Shown: one piece after another, positions 1-12,853 of the stretch
Numbering within the stretch: the first letter of the stretch is position 1
Layout of the letters: every line of letters begins with the position of its first letter
The notes under the pieces: generated by a model
Databases searched by the model: none
Seen by the model: the letters and a program-made list of their open reading frames with translations, nothing else
Told to the model about the DNA's origin: nothing
DNA from: Octopus sinensis
Lineage: Eukaryota
Direction: 5' to 3'
Length of the DNA stretch: 64,000 nucleotides
NCBI RefSeq assembly: GCF_006345805.1
Contig: NC_043003.1
Coordinates: forward strand, 42,160,001-42,224,000
Program-made: the position numbers and the translations under genes

Positions 1-205
1 ACTATTGCAGTTTGGATTTCATAACAGATTTTTGTAGATTGCTCGATGTTTTAGCTTGTTAACCAGAAGAAATAGTGTATTTGAACACGTTTTAGATAAC
101 ACAAAAACATTCGAGCAACATAAATTTTAAACACATATTGAATTCTAGGTGTCGTCAAGTAGTTAAAAGTTACTGATGTATACATGCATAATATAGATAT
201 TAGTA

Positions 206-304
206 CAGTGGTTCCTATCCTGGGGTCTGCGGACCCCTTATGATCCGCAATGGTAGTACTGGGGGTCCGCGAACTAAATTCAAAATTTCAATTATATATG
301 TTAA

Positions 305-342
<38 letters not shown>

Positions 343-426
343 AGGATAAATATATTAAAAGGGGTCCGTGGGAAAACATTAAAATAAAATGATTGGGAAA
401 CATTGTGAAAAGGTTGGGAACCACTG
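206..426. mobile_element. hAT-like MITE
   Basis: Terminal inverted repeats CAGTGGTTCCTATCCT (206-) and AGGTTGGGAACCACTG (-426), internal GGGGTCCG motifs and a (TA)n tract; flanks TATTAGTA / TAGTATTA. Confidence 0.65.
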
Positions 427-2197
427 TAGTATTATATCATATTCTTTTATAAAGTTTAATGGGAGGTGTTAAAGTTTCAATGCCAAAAGGCAGTCATTCT
501 AAAATGGACACCAGTCTTTTGCATATAACATTCTTTTTGCTATTTTTCCCGAAACATGCTACGTCTGTAGGAAATTCACTTCGCAACTGCGTATTTTCTA
601 TTTCAATCCCTCAAAGTGTAAATTTTTCGTAGCTTCTAACATATTTTCAGGTCCTCCAAAGAAATGACTTAGATTCAGTACTCGAAAACTATGTAACAGA
701 ATCAAAGGCATAGTTTCTGTTTTGGATGTCTTAATCCACAACCCATCTTAACAAGAGATATTTCTATAGTTGATTTTAAAAGAGTCTACTTTGTTGTAGG
801 CTTTCAGTTTTCTTTATTTCCGCCAGTCATGAAGGCTCTTTAAAAGATCCAAGGGTGCTGTTTTTCTCCTTCTGTATAATAAAAGTGTACAATTAAGCGT
901 TTTGTGAAAACAAAAAAAAAATAATATATTACAGTCCATTTGGACTTATAACCAAGAGGTCAATACTTGACCATCATACTTTATAAACATATCAGAAAGA
1001 TAAATTGCTTAACAATTCTTATATATAGTTAAAAATATAAGAAAACTATGTATATGGTTTTGTTTACAAAAATTAAAAATATAAACGTATGATACTAATC
1101 CCTTTAGATGTATTTCTTACACATTTCAAGACACTATGAACCTCCTCCGGATATTTCATCCTGTATAAGCTGCTTAAAATTCTACTGAAAGTATACATAT
1201 TTTAAGAAATATTACCGCACAGAGGCGCGACATACGTCTATACATTTTAACTTTGCAATTCTCTAATAACTTATTGTCTTCACCAGCTAGCAGGGAAATG
1301 TTAATTAAATGTGATTCCCATCAGTTTCTACGCATCAAATTTCGTTAACATTAGTCTGACCTGTATAAAACGTTCCGAGACACTAACAAGGACAGCTGGT
1401 TGAATCTTTTAAAACATCTGGCTTCAGTTTTAAATGGTGGAGAGCAGACATCAATGATTTATGCCATCTACTTATAGTTTTGTGGAATTGTAGTATTCAT
1501 AATTACAAGTAGAATGTGTGAAGTATTTGTAGTAGTTTATATCGTTTCCCCAAATGACGTAAAACGATTAACTGAGAGACAGCAGCGGTGATGCTCTGAT
1601 CCTATGGAAGTGGAGGTCATTCCACAGAGGTGAGTTAAAAATATAGGATTGTCCAAAATTGATCTCACAATCGTACGATAGCTAAACAGTAAATATTAAC
1701 TACACAGTAATCTACATTTTTATACTCCAATGGAATCCAAGAAAATCTTAATCAAAAGATGAAAAGTATTTGCTGGTTGATTGAGAGGGCCAACTGGGGC
1801 CGTTCATTAGTCCAACAGTGAATTTAACACACACTGGATTGAAATATAGTAGCAATGTAACAATATGTCTAAACTACCTCGTGATTTTCCTTTCCTAGTA
1901 ATATACCCAAGTTCATCCGCTATTGAGGTATTGATCAAGATATTGTTCTCCTGGCCCAGGAAATATTTACGCAGTTCTTGTGCATCGCACACGTATAACT
2001 CCAGGAAGGGGTTGTTTGTTTAGTGCAGTGGCAGAGGAACTTCGGGGAAGTACCGATTTTCACTGGATTCAATAAATTACTTGATATGTCTTGTTAATTT
2101 TCTTTAAATTCTAGCTTAAAGAAAGGAAAAAAAACAAGAAAAACTACTCTGAATAGGAGAATTTAAAAGGTCATATCATAGGTGATTTTCAATCCCA

Positions 2198-2278
<81 letters not shown>
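2198..2278. repeat. (CTA)n microsatellite
   Basis: Perfect trinucleotide run. Confidence 0.95.
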
Positions 2279-2281
<3 letters not shown>

Positions 2282-2598
2282 TCTACTACATATACACATT
2301 CACAGAAAACAAAAAATAGTTTTAGAAAGGTCATACATATGAACATATTCAAACTATATGAAAATGAGAAGTTGGAAAACAGCCATTACACAATATATCA
2401 AAATGTTTTGGAATCATATTTAAAATTTTTCAAGTAATCCCACACATACATGCAGGCATACATGCATGAATGCACACTTGCATATATACATACATACACA
2501 CACAATCAAAGACACACTCCCACACATGTATATAATATGGACATACTTGCATACATAGAAACACACATACTTAACTGAAATATTTTTAAAAGTGTATA

Positions 2599-2844
2599 GG
2601 CGTAGGAGTGGCTGTGTGGTAAGTAGCTTGCTTCCGAACCACATATTTCTGGGTTCAGTCCCACTGCGTGGCACCTTGGGCAAGTGTCCTCTACTATAAC
2701 CTCGGGCCGACCAAAGCCTTGTGAGTGGATTTGGTGGACGGAATAAGTACTAGGCTTACAAAGAATAAGTCCTGGGGTCGATTTGCTCGACTAAAGGCGG
2801 TGCTCCAAATGACAGAAACAAGTAAAAGTAAAAGAGCAAAAGAG
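2599..2844 (+). mobile_element. tRNA-derived SINE, family A, with internal deletion
   Basis: A-box-like TGGCTGTGTGG and B-box-like GGTTCAGTCCC; same head and tail as copies at 7031, 27535 and 40295 but lacks the central microsatellite-bearing segment (GGACGGAA joined to TAAGTACTAGG). Confidence 0.85.
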
Positions 2845-4274
2845 AAAATGTCACAACAAATAAATAATTAATTATATTCCGCGCCCACGATTCTCAGCAA
2901 CTGATAATGGGGTTTGATCAGGTCACTGCAAGCCATTGCTTACATGCTACATGCATGTCTTCTATTTCCAATTACCAAACATTTTTGTTCCCGAAATAAC
3001 TCGTGAAATTCCCGTGTGTTGGAATGGGAAAGTAAGCAACAAGAACATGCTAGTGATTAACGTATACATGTATACATATGTGGTGGTTTTCGTTAGCAGT
3101 TCATCTTTTACTTGCTCCACATAATCGTTGGCCCTGCAAATCTATACTTGCCTTTCCCGATATTTTTTATGCCGTTTAACTCATTCAACAGTTGCTTACC
3201 TACTGTTCGAAGAACTGTGAACTTCAGCAGAAAATTGGCAAGGCCTTTTTAATTCTAATCAATTTCGCTTGGCGAACTCTACATTTGCTGTGTCATTCCA
3301 TCCCACTTTTTGAATTCTTTTCATTGAACTTAATATCCATTAATGCCATGTAGTATCTATGCTTTCTCCACATGAAACCCATTTCTTTTCTTCCTGCACG
3401 CACTGTTTCAGAATATCTCTGTTGTTTTAAGCATCATTAGAACTTTCATGTCCTTGAGAATTTTATCCGATCAAGTCGTTTCTCCCTACTTTGATGTTCA
3501 CCGCTAACCGTATTTTCTCACCAAAATATGAACGAACAAACATTGAGAAAGACCTCCTTCAACAAAACATTATAATCCCGTGTTTTGTTCGACTAAGCTA
3601 GGTGTATCGAGATCCAGCTTGCCCTGTTTAGTAGCTCCAAACTCAGTCATAAGATAGCCCCATGAGTCACCATCAGATAGCCCCATCAGTCACATCTCAA
3701 GGCATAGTGAAAAAAGGTTTTTATTACTCATGCAGCGATAGCAAGCTTCTTCCTTGCTCGCTCATGAATAAAGACCTCCACAAGGGTTCCTTTCTGTGAT
3801 AAGTCTATGCCATTTATAGTTAACATAGGCTGATTTCTCATATCTAAATCTAGTGGAACGTCAGGATCCTTCGTATGGCAAAACAAAGCGTATATATTCT
3901 GTAGATGTTATCACTGTCGCATTTGTTCATGTTAATGCTATGGTTACTTATGAGTTGTTCAAATTGATGTTTTCGAATGTTGGAATAACGTTACATTGCC
4001 TCTACAATGCCGGAATCTTATTTTTTAATTATAGACTTCTTTATTTTCTTTATTTTATTTCTTTATTTACAATTATTTTTGGTGTGCTTTCAATATTAAT
4101 CACATATATGAAGATAATCTGATGTCAGATTATCTTTAGTGGAACTGTAAACAAAAACATAAAAATAATGATCAAACGTGACGCTCCATGAGGTCCTTGT
4201 TGATAAAATTATCCCAAACATGAATTTTCCTTCATTTTATGCGGTACATCGAAACATTTTCTCTCAAAACATAG

Positions 4275-4277
4275 ATG

Positions 4278-4335
<58 letters not shown>

Positions 4336-4364
4336 TGATGATGATGACGATGATGATGATAATG

Positions 4365-4421
<57 letters not shown>
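4275..4421. repeat. Compound (AAT)n/(GAT)n microsatellite
   Basis: Direct reading. Confidence 0.95.
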
Positions 4422-4424
4422 TCA

Positions 4425-4763
4425 ACTAGAACACTCAGAGAGTGCAAACCTCAGCCAAAGCAACACTGACGTCCTCTCAGAGACTAGCCAGAGATGATTT
4501 TTAAGATGCGAATATCACAAACAACATTGCTAAAAATGAACACGGCCGCTCACAAAAATTAAGTAAAAAACCGGATAAATAATCCAGAATCCTTGCCCGA
4601 TACCGGATCGATCCCCAAATCTAAACAGTGTGTACCATTCACGGGGCCAAACATCCCTGAAGGTTTTATCCGTATCCATCCATCGGTTCTTGAGATAACG
4701 TTCACGGTCAAACAAACAGACACGACTGAAAACAATACCTCTGCCTTCTTTAAGGCGGCTGTA
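4425..4763. mobile_element. Putative non-autonomous Helitron/Helentron-associated (HINE-like) element
   Basis: Begins ACTAGAACACTCAGAGAGTGCAAACCTCAGCC and ends GAAAACAATACCTCTGCCTTCTTTAAGGCGGCTGTAA with a short terminal hairpin; resemblance to this class is from recall, not from a search. Confidence 0.35.
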
Positions 4764-4788
4764 ATAATAATAATAATAATAATAATAA

Positions 4789-6497
4789 CTTGCCTCAGAA
4801 AATATAAACATCAACTGTGGAATTTTTCAAGGTGACTCACTTTCACCTTTAATATTCTGCATAGCCCTAATACACCTTACAAGTGAATTAAACGGAACAG
4901 GGTATGGGTATAAAATTGCCAATAAAAAAATAAGCCATCTATTTTATATGGATGACTTAAAACTTTATGGTAAAGACAATAATGAACTTGAAGGCCTATT
5001 GAGCACCGTGAAAGCATTCAGCGATGACATCGGGATGGAGTTTGAACTTGAGAAGTGTGCCAAGGCCACTTTCCAGAAAGGGAAAGTGAAGACCACAAAT
5101 TCCGTCGTGTTAGATGTTGACACAGTCATAAGAGAGCTTGAGCAAGAACAAACATACAAATATTTAGGGATAAATGAAGGCTCTGGTATTCAGCATGCAA
5201 GCATGAAAGAGAAGATCAGGAAGGAATGTTATAGGAGAGTTCGTGCAGTCCTGAAATCTGAACTAAATGCACGTAACAAGGTGTTAGCTATAAATTCCTT
5301 AGCAGTTCCAGTTGTTACTTATAGCTACAATGTGTTGAACTGGAATATGAGTGAAGTAAAGAATATAGATAGGAAAATACGCAAGCTGCTGAGTTGTAAT
5401 AGGATGCACCACCCAAAGGCAGACGTAGATCGCCTTTACCTTCCCAGAGCGCAAGGAGGTCGAGGCCTGATCCAATTTGAACTAGCTTACAAAACAACCA
5501 CAATTGAACTGGCCAAATATCTCGAAATATCGAATGACTGGATGCTAAAGCTCGTGGAAAATCACGAGAGACGAAAGAAGCTTCATTCTATCATAAAGGA
5601 AAGCAAAACATTTGCTATTGATCTCGTGCAGGATACCCAAACTGAACAACCCGAGGGAAGTACGGCAACTATTGTTGCAAAGAAGGTGAAAATGATGGCA
5701 ACGAAAAAAGCGCACGAGCAATTGGCTGATAGGTGGGAGGAGAAACCTCTGCACGGCAAATATGTGACCCGCAGCAAACAAGCTGATGTTGACCAGAAGC
5801 AAACCCATCAGTGGCTACGGAGCTCAGGGCTAAAAGCAGAGAGCGAAGGTTTCATCCTGGCTGCTCAAGATCAAAGCCTATTACCCGGAACTACCAGGCC
5901 AATGTGATGAAAAATGGAGCAGACCCAAAATGCCGATTCTGCAACGACATGATTGAAACAGTGGACCATCTAATCTCTGGATGTAAAGTCTTAGCACCAG
6001 TGGAGTATAAATTAAGACATGACAGAGTTGGCCAATATCTACACTGGCTAATAAGTCGGCATTACAATATCAAAACTGCCGACAAGTGGTATAATCACCA
6101 CCCTGAGGCTGTAACTGAAGGAGAAAATGTAACCATTCTGTGGGACTTTCCAGTACATACAGACCGAACCATCAAGGCCAATAAACCAGATATTGTTGTG
6201 AAAGACCAAAACAATAAAGTTTGCTTATTGATCGACATGAGCATCCCCTGTGATCATAATATCTCAGCGAAAGAGTTTGACAAGCTCAGAAAATATAATG
6301 ACCTACTCATTGAAATTGAGAAAATGTGGCATCTCAAGGCGGTTACAATACCAGTGATCATAGGAGCACTAGGAATGATCAAGAAGGGAACCGAAAATTA
6401 TATGAGAATGATCCCTGGCTTAACATCCCTGTAAGAAGTGCAAAAGATTGTCTTAACTGGTACATCACACGTATTGAGAAGAGCATTGTCGATGTGA
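4789..6497 (+). pseudogene. Disrupted RT-RLE ORF of the Dong/R4-like element
   Basis: Frame is open from 4789 (LASENININCGIFQGD); a 1-nt frameshift near 5884 joins the track ORFs 4948-5907 and 5811-6434; in-frame TAA at 6432-6434 is followed by EVQKIVLTGTSHVLRRALSM and TGA at 6495-6497. Confidence 0.85.
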
Positions 6498-6678
6498 GAA
6501 CTGTTGCTGCTCATGTATTTTAATTTAACTTTAAAAAAAATTTTTTTTAATAAAAAAAATGAACGAACTATTGAGTTTGGTTTAATGGCCTACCAATGTA
6601 TACTATGAGTTTCTTTGCCCTAGGAATCGGGAAGACACTCGGCAAGAAATGGAAGCAAATTTGAAAGAAAAAATAAAA
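4789..6678 (+). mobile_element. 5'-truncated Dong/R4-clade non-LTR retrotransposon (RT + restriction-like endonuclease) in (TAA)n
   Basis: RT motifs GIFQGDSLSP and YMDD, YKYLG, CCHC finger CRFC..ETVDHLISGC, RHD, KPDIVV..LIDMSIP nuclease; (TAA)n at 4762-4788 and 6679-6690. Confidence 0.88.
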
Positions 6679-6849
6679 TAATAATAATAAAAAAATAGTT
6701 ATTTCTACTCTAGGCACAATGCCTTCAAAAACAAATATCGCATACAAACTAAATTCACCGCTGCACACATCCCAGAAACACATAGCTGCACTTGGAAGTG
6801 CAATAAGCAACACACATGGAAATATTGAAGATAGAAAACATAATAATGT

Positions 6850-7015
6850 TTTCTTCTATAGGCACTGAGCCGGAAATTTTGGGAAAATGGGTTAGTTGTT
6901 TACCAATTTTTCATCGATCCCGAAATCATGAGAAGTAAAGTCGACCTCAGAAATGCAAAGACGGAAGAAATACTGCAAATCGTCGTGTTAACGGTTCTGC
7001 CAACTCGTTGCCTTA
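6850..7015 (-). mobile_element. SINE family B, degenerate
   Basis: ATCGATCCCGAAATCATGAGAAGTAAAGTCGACCTC matches the family B core seen at 61441-61674. Confidence 0.6.
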
Positions 7016-7030
7016 AGAATAACAGCAAGA

Positions 7031-7412
7031 ACGACGTGGCTGTGTGCTAAGTAGCTTGCTTATCAACCACATGGTTCCGAGTTCAGTCCCACTGCGTGGC
7101 ACCTTGGGCAAGTGACTTCTACTATAGCATCGGGCGGACCAAAGCCTTCTGAGTGGATTTGGTAGACGGAAACTGAAAGAAGCCCGTCGTATATATGTAT
7201 GTGTGTGTGAGTGTGTGTGTTTGCCCCCAACATCGCTTGAAACTGATGCTGGTGTTTTTAACTACCCGTAACTTAGCGGTTCGCCAAAAGAGTCCGATAG
7301 AATAAATACTAAGCTTACAAAGAACAAGTCCTAGGGTCAATTTCCTCGACTAAAGGCGCTGCTCCAGCATGGCCGCAGTCAAATGACTGAACCAAGCACA
7401 AGAGCAAAAGAG
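7031..7412 (+). mobile_element. SINE family A, full length
   Basis: Pol III box-like head, CCTTGGGCAAGT body, internal TA/TG tract, GCTCCAGCATGGCCGCAGTCAAATGACTGAA tail. Confidence 0.9.
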
Positions 7413-7415
7413 TAA

Positions 7416-7473
<58 letters not shown>

Positions 7474-7508
7474 TAATAATAATAATAATAATGATGATGA
7501 TAATAATA
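7413..7508. repeat. (TAA)n microsatellite
   Basis: Direct reading. Confidence 0.95.
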
Positions 7509-8108
7509 CTTTCTATTATGGGCAGAATGTCTGAAATTTTGAGGGAGGGGTTAAGTCGATTAAATCAACTCCAGTACTCAACTGGTACTTAGTTTATCGA
7601 CACCGAAAGGATGAAAGAAGAACGTCGACCTCGGCGGAATTTGAACGGAATTTTCAAAGTCAAGCGTTGCATTAATGCCAAGTAGGCATTACAGTAGGTA
7701 TTACAATAAATCAATAAAGAGGAGTCAGAAAAAATTACGTAAAAGACAACAACACATTTCGAAATAACACTCAAGCCATGTAAAGATAATTTCTCTTTTA
7801 TTTCCAAACGTGAGAAATAAAGTTGTATTATTATGTTCGCAAATCTTATTGTTATTCTTAGTATTATTTATGCATTATTGATATTAATTACTTAATCTTA
7901 AAGCACCTTATAGATATATTAATTAATCCAACACACTGTTTGATCAAGTCAATAGTATTTTTGTCTAATACATTTTTCCAGGATTTTATTGAATAATATT
8001 TTGTTTTTGTTTAATTAATCACTTTTAGTTGTTTGTTTTTCCTATATTTTGATTCAATACGTTAAGCTTCCTTTTTATACAAAGGTTGGAATAAAAAGAT
8101 TATTACTA

Positions 8109-8733
8109 TCATACCCACCCAAAATCTTGATTAACCATGCGATAAAACTTTATATTGAAGGGCTTATAAAAATCCCTAAGCCTCCGTATCACTGAAGGAT
8201 CAATATTGGGGTGAATACGCCCTTTAGTTTCACCTAAGCAGTGAGGGTGGCTACCTTTTTGTCTGTTAGGTTTGAGGATACAAGGAAATCCTTTCCTGGA
8301 TTTCAGGTAAAAATGTTTGTGGTTTATAACAGGTCTGAGCCCCAAAAACTGTTGCACTTTCAACATCTCATCAGCAGGGTTTTCAATAAGACGTTCACCA
8401 CTCACGAAATGCATTTGTTCCAGTGGGAAATACTGAAGCCAATGTTTCAGGTGTTTAGCATAGACGCCTATGCGGACAGGACTCCACTGGGTGTCGACAA
8501 TACGGGTGGTGTTATCAACAAACACCATTTCCTCGAAGCTACGCGAATCCATCTTCTTGCTGGCCACCTGTGTGTAGTCAGATATAGCCCGAGTAACGGG
8601 GTCCCTCACTACCACAATCAACTTGAGATGTTTGGAGAACTGGTACACTCTTCTTGGGACCTCTTTCGTTATAAAATAACTTGGTGTTTTCTCGATGGTG
8701 AGTTGACCTTCTTCAGACCTCGGCATTAAACTC
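8109..8733 (-). CDS. HS3ST: Terminal coding exon of heparan sulfate glucosamine 3-O-sulfotransferase, gD-type (HS3ST2/3/4/6, Hs3st-B-like)
   Basis: SLMPRS..QLTIEKTPSYF, 3'-phosphate-binding VVVRDPVTRAISDY, IGVYAKHLKHWLQYFP, VSGERLI, KGFPC..HCLGETKGRIHP, LRDFYKPFN..DFGWV-stop; intact frame; the N-terminal 18-19 aa of the track ORF are intronic. Confidence 0.95.
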
Positions 8734-8752
8734 CTGTGAAAGAAAAGAAAAT
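8734..8752 (-). promoter_or_regulatory. 3' splice acceptor (phase 2) of the HS3ST terminal exon
   Basis: Minus strand reads TTTTCTTTTCTTTCACAG|GAGTTTAATG; homology to HS3ST starts exactly here (R split AG|G). Confidence 0.85.
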
Positions 8753-10673
8753 TTAAAATTAATGTTAAGTCATCAGAAATTCTGAACAAAAATAAAATAA
8801 GAAATACTCAAAAATCATGGTATTCGATATACAGAATAAAAAATTGAATTTATAAATCTAAATATATAATATTGTTTATGAAGATCATGTTTCAGAGATT
8901 CGTGAGAAGAAACTGGTTTATCTTTCTTCTATAATCCTCTTTCAATATTTCTCTCTGACTTTCCCTCCTTCACTCTTTCTGTTATATGTGTGTGTATGTA
9001 CGTGTTTGTGTGTGTGTGTGTCTGTATTTGTGAGTATGTGTGTATATATTTATACACATATGCATACACATATTTATATGTACGTAAGGGAGAGAGAGAT
9101 TTACAAATATATACATTCATTGAATATTTATTTATATAATGCATATACTTGTCAATATGTGAGTAATGTAATATACCCTTAATATATATAAATGTTTAGA
9201 TATACACATACACACACATTCATACGACCTATACACACACAACACACTCTCACACACATACACACACACAAATATGTGCGCATACATTTATGTAGGTGTG
9301 TGTATACGTTTGTGTTTGGTAACTAAAGTGTACTGACGTGAAAGAGATTTTCGACAATTTCAATAAAAAATGCAGCATAAAAGAATATATAATTGAATAT
9401 TTCAAAAGTGAAAACGAAAAACAAAACAAAAACATTTATCGCCTATTTTGAAGAATTTCGACAGGAACACAAAATGAAATGAAAAAAATATACTAATTAA
9501 AATGTACCAAAAAGGAAATAATATATTTGATATGGAATGCTGATTAAAGAAAACTGCCTTTTATGCATATTTTCTTCCTGTCAGTTATTCACAAAAAGGA
9601 ATGATTAATGGCCTTACTATTTCATTATTTACTATTTCATTTTTTTGGTCCCTCTTTTCTTTCAGACGCGTTTTGTTTTACAATATAACGCCATTTTGTA
9701 GGGTAGATCTAGGTTTTAAAAAATTCAGTTTGTAATACAAGGAATCTGGTATAAAAGACTACTCAAGCAAAGCATTGCAATGCAATACAATATAATATAT
9801 ATGTATATATATATATGTACTGTAACTGCTGTTAATGTGTGAATAAATGTATGTAGATGTGTAATATTCAGATATATGTATGTGTGTGTATGCGAGTGTG
9901 TACTTTTGTGTGTTTGCATTGTAGCACAATCTGCCAGTCCGATAAATATGATGATAATGATAACAATCAAATAATGAATATTACTAATAATAATAAGAGA
10001 AAGAAGAAGCACTTATACCGATCGCAAAATAATCGCAGAAACGTTATTATTAACTGCAAAGACTGCCAAGAGATCTAACAATTACCATTCTTCTAGTAAT
10101 AATTTGACGGATCAATAACCTATCAATGTATTTTGTGTAATTATTGATTGCTTACACAATGTTATATTTTTACACACACACATACACACACATGCATGCA
10201 TGTATATGTGTGAATGTATGCATACATATCGATATAACTATATTCATGTGCGTGTGTGTAGGTATGTAGGTATATATATGTTATGCACACACAGACACAC
10301 ACAGATATATACATGCATTCATATATGCATACATTTTTTTGAATGTTTGTATGTGTATATGCTTTTTAGTACGAAAGACAAAAATCACTTCTGTTCTAGT
10401 GTCTATATATATAACCAATATGTACAGTGGTAGCTAAGCAAACACTTCAAATGCTTTTTGAGGTTTCTGGAAATACTAATTTAAAACAAAGCATAAAATT
10501 TTACTAGATCACAATACACAGGAATTCAAACACACAAGAATTTCTGTGTACATTCTAAATCATTTTCAGCACACATTGATAGTTTATCTCAATCTTTTTT
10601 TCTGTTCCTGTGTTTCTTCCTGTGTTTTTATCTTTGTCACTCCCCCACCACTCTCTCACACATATATACGTGC

Positions 10674-10828
<155 letters not shown>

Positions 10829-11035
10829 CGGTCGCCATGATAGATCGTTAGCCACTACACGCATTTTTTTTCTCCCCTTGTTTCTCTCATTGTTTTTTTC
10901 TGTGTCCCTTTCTGTAGAAGAGCGTAGGCTCGAAACGTAAAAGACTATTTTCTATTCCTAAGCATTATAATTAATACATCTCTTTGTTTTATACACCATC
11001 TGTCTTCTTTTTTTGTTTTTTTCGTAAACTCTCCC
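10829..11035 (+). mobile_element. T-rich cassette in (TA)n, probable Penelope-like pLTR/retrozyme fragment
   Basis: About 207 bp of non-repetitive sequence with (TA)n on both sides; contains CTGTAGA-A-GAGCGTAGGCTC-GAAACGTA. Confidence 0.55.
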
Positions 11036-11082
<47 letters not shown>

Positions 11083-12618
11083 GTAGAGAGAGAGAAAGAG
11101 GGTGAGATGCATGTATACACACACACATGATGAGGACAAAAACATGTGTTTTGTTATTTTGAATTTTGAGACTTATTTTAGAATAATGTTTAATTAAAGT
11201 ATACCCACATAATATTCAGTATTCAAAACATCAATTTTACTGTATTTTCCTGCATTGATGGGTGTCTTCCTTTCTTTGCAGATATTAAATAAAGAGCAAA
11301 TTCTGTCTTAAAGGAATGCACCGGCAAATGTTGTCTAAAGGGATGCAACCGTAAAACTGTGGACACCATTGGAAATATTAGTATTTGATGGTAGTACAGC
11401 CTACAAAATTGTAGCTCAATCAGGAATGAAAACAATTATTAATGGAGATGCAACTTGCGGAGAGCTGTGGATGACATAGAGCAGCTGCGTGTCTCATAAA
11501 AATCTCCAGACGTAACAGAACTATAAGTTGACCGTTCAAAATTCGCATCGAATTGGGAAGTGAAAAACAACCTTGTAAAATGGAAGGTGTTTATGGGACA
11601 AAAGAACTGGTCAAAAGGTAAACAATAACGACGCTTTCGTTTGAAGGGTAGAGTAACGTAAACAACGAAATGGATGTTGATACAATTGGTATAACAAGTG
11701 CTACATGTCAGTCAGACTGCTGTAAGATGTTATGTTAAATCAAATCCTGAATAATTCCCATAAAATATCTTACCTCATACTGATTCTACCAAGTGCAGTC
11801 ATATGAGGCTAGATATCATTGTTTTCACAAAGAAATAAAAGAATGTACTGAGTGGAATATCTCTTTAAATCACAAAAAAAAAAGAGAGAGAGGATAAATA
11901 TGGACAACTGCTACGTAACATTCAGTTTCTATACGCAGAATTTAAATTCACATTTATATCAATATTAATTGTAAAGGATAAAATTAACAATCTGGAACAG
12001 CAAGGTTTTTCAGAAAAAAACCCACTAGCGAATACATATATTACAAATACGGTCAGTAACGGGAACAGTAAAAATATACCAGACGTTTCTTAAGCGCAAA
12101 ACGTGATATTAACTTTCATATACGCAGTCCAACGATGAAAAATTGTTCCTTTGAAACCAGTACCTTCCTTCTAAATAATTAAAAACATAAGAATGCATAA
12201 AAATACATACTCACACACATAACTAGATACAAATATAGATACATATATGTATGAATAAATAAATGAATTTCCGGAGATGTCTTCAATTCGTATATAATAT
12301 TGATTTAGTATAAACATGACTGTGTTATCTACAGTACTCTACACACATATGTACCGTCAGAATATTCTTCAGACATCATCAATGTGACAGTCTTTGAAGT
12401 CCGAATATTCGAATACTGATATTGTTCATTCGACAAGATTCAAAAGATAATTCACTTGCTAAATTTTATGTACAGCGATTCGGTCAGCTGTACTAGATTG
12501 TAAAATAGCTTTCCTCAAGATACGAAAGTCGTATCGAACCTGAAACATTACGACGCAAATTTCGTAAGAATTTACCTACGCAACCTCCATATATATTTAA
12601 CATATGGATATTTGTGAG

Positions 12619-12620
<2 letters not shown>

Positions 12621-12697
<77 letters not shown>

Positions 12698-12734
12698 GCC
12701 TCTCTGTCTGTCTGTCTGTCGACCTGTCTGTCAG

Positions 12735-12813
<79 letters not shown>

Positions 12814-12818
12814 GTCTG

Positions 12819-12853
<35 letters not shown>
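12621..12853. repeat. (TATC)n/(TGTC)n microsatellite
   Basis: Direct reading. Confidence 0.95.

Noticed and set aside
1807-1992. Faint resemblance to a Gypsy RNase H (LRKYFLGQ)
   Set aside because: No further motifs; cannot be separated from chance.
7797-7990. AATAAA candidates for the HS3ST poly(A) site (minus strand)
   Set aside because: The hexamer is common in AT-rich DNA; needs 3'-end data.
8358-8374. Minus-strand CTGATGA...GAAA inside the exon
   Set aside because: No stem II or stem I pairing; explained by the codons for ADEMLKV.
8241-8729. 162-aa plus-strand ORF
   Set aside because: Antisense shadow of the HS3ST exon with no recognisable motif.
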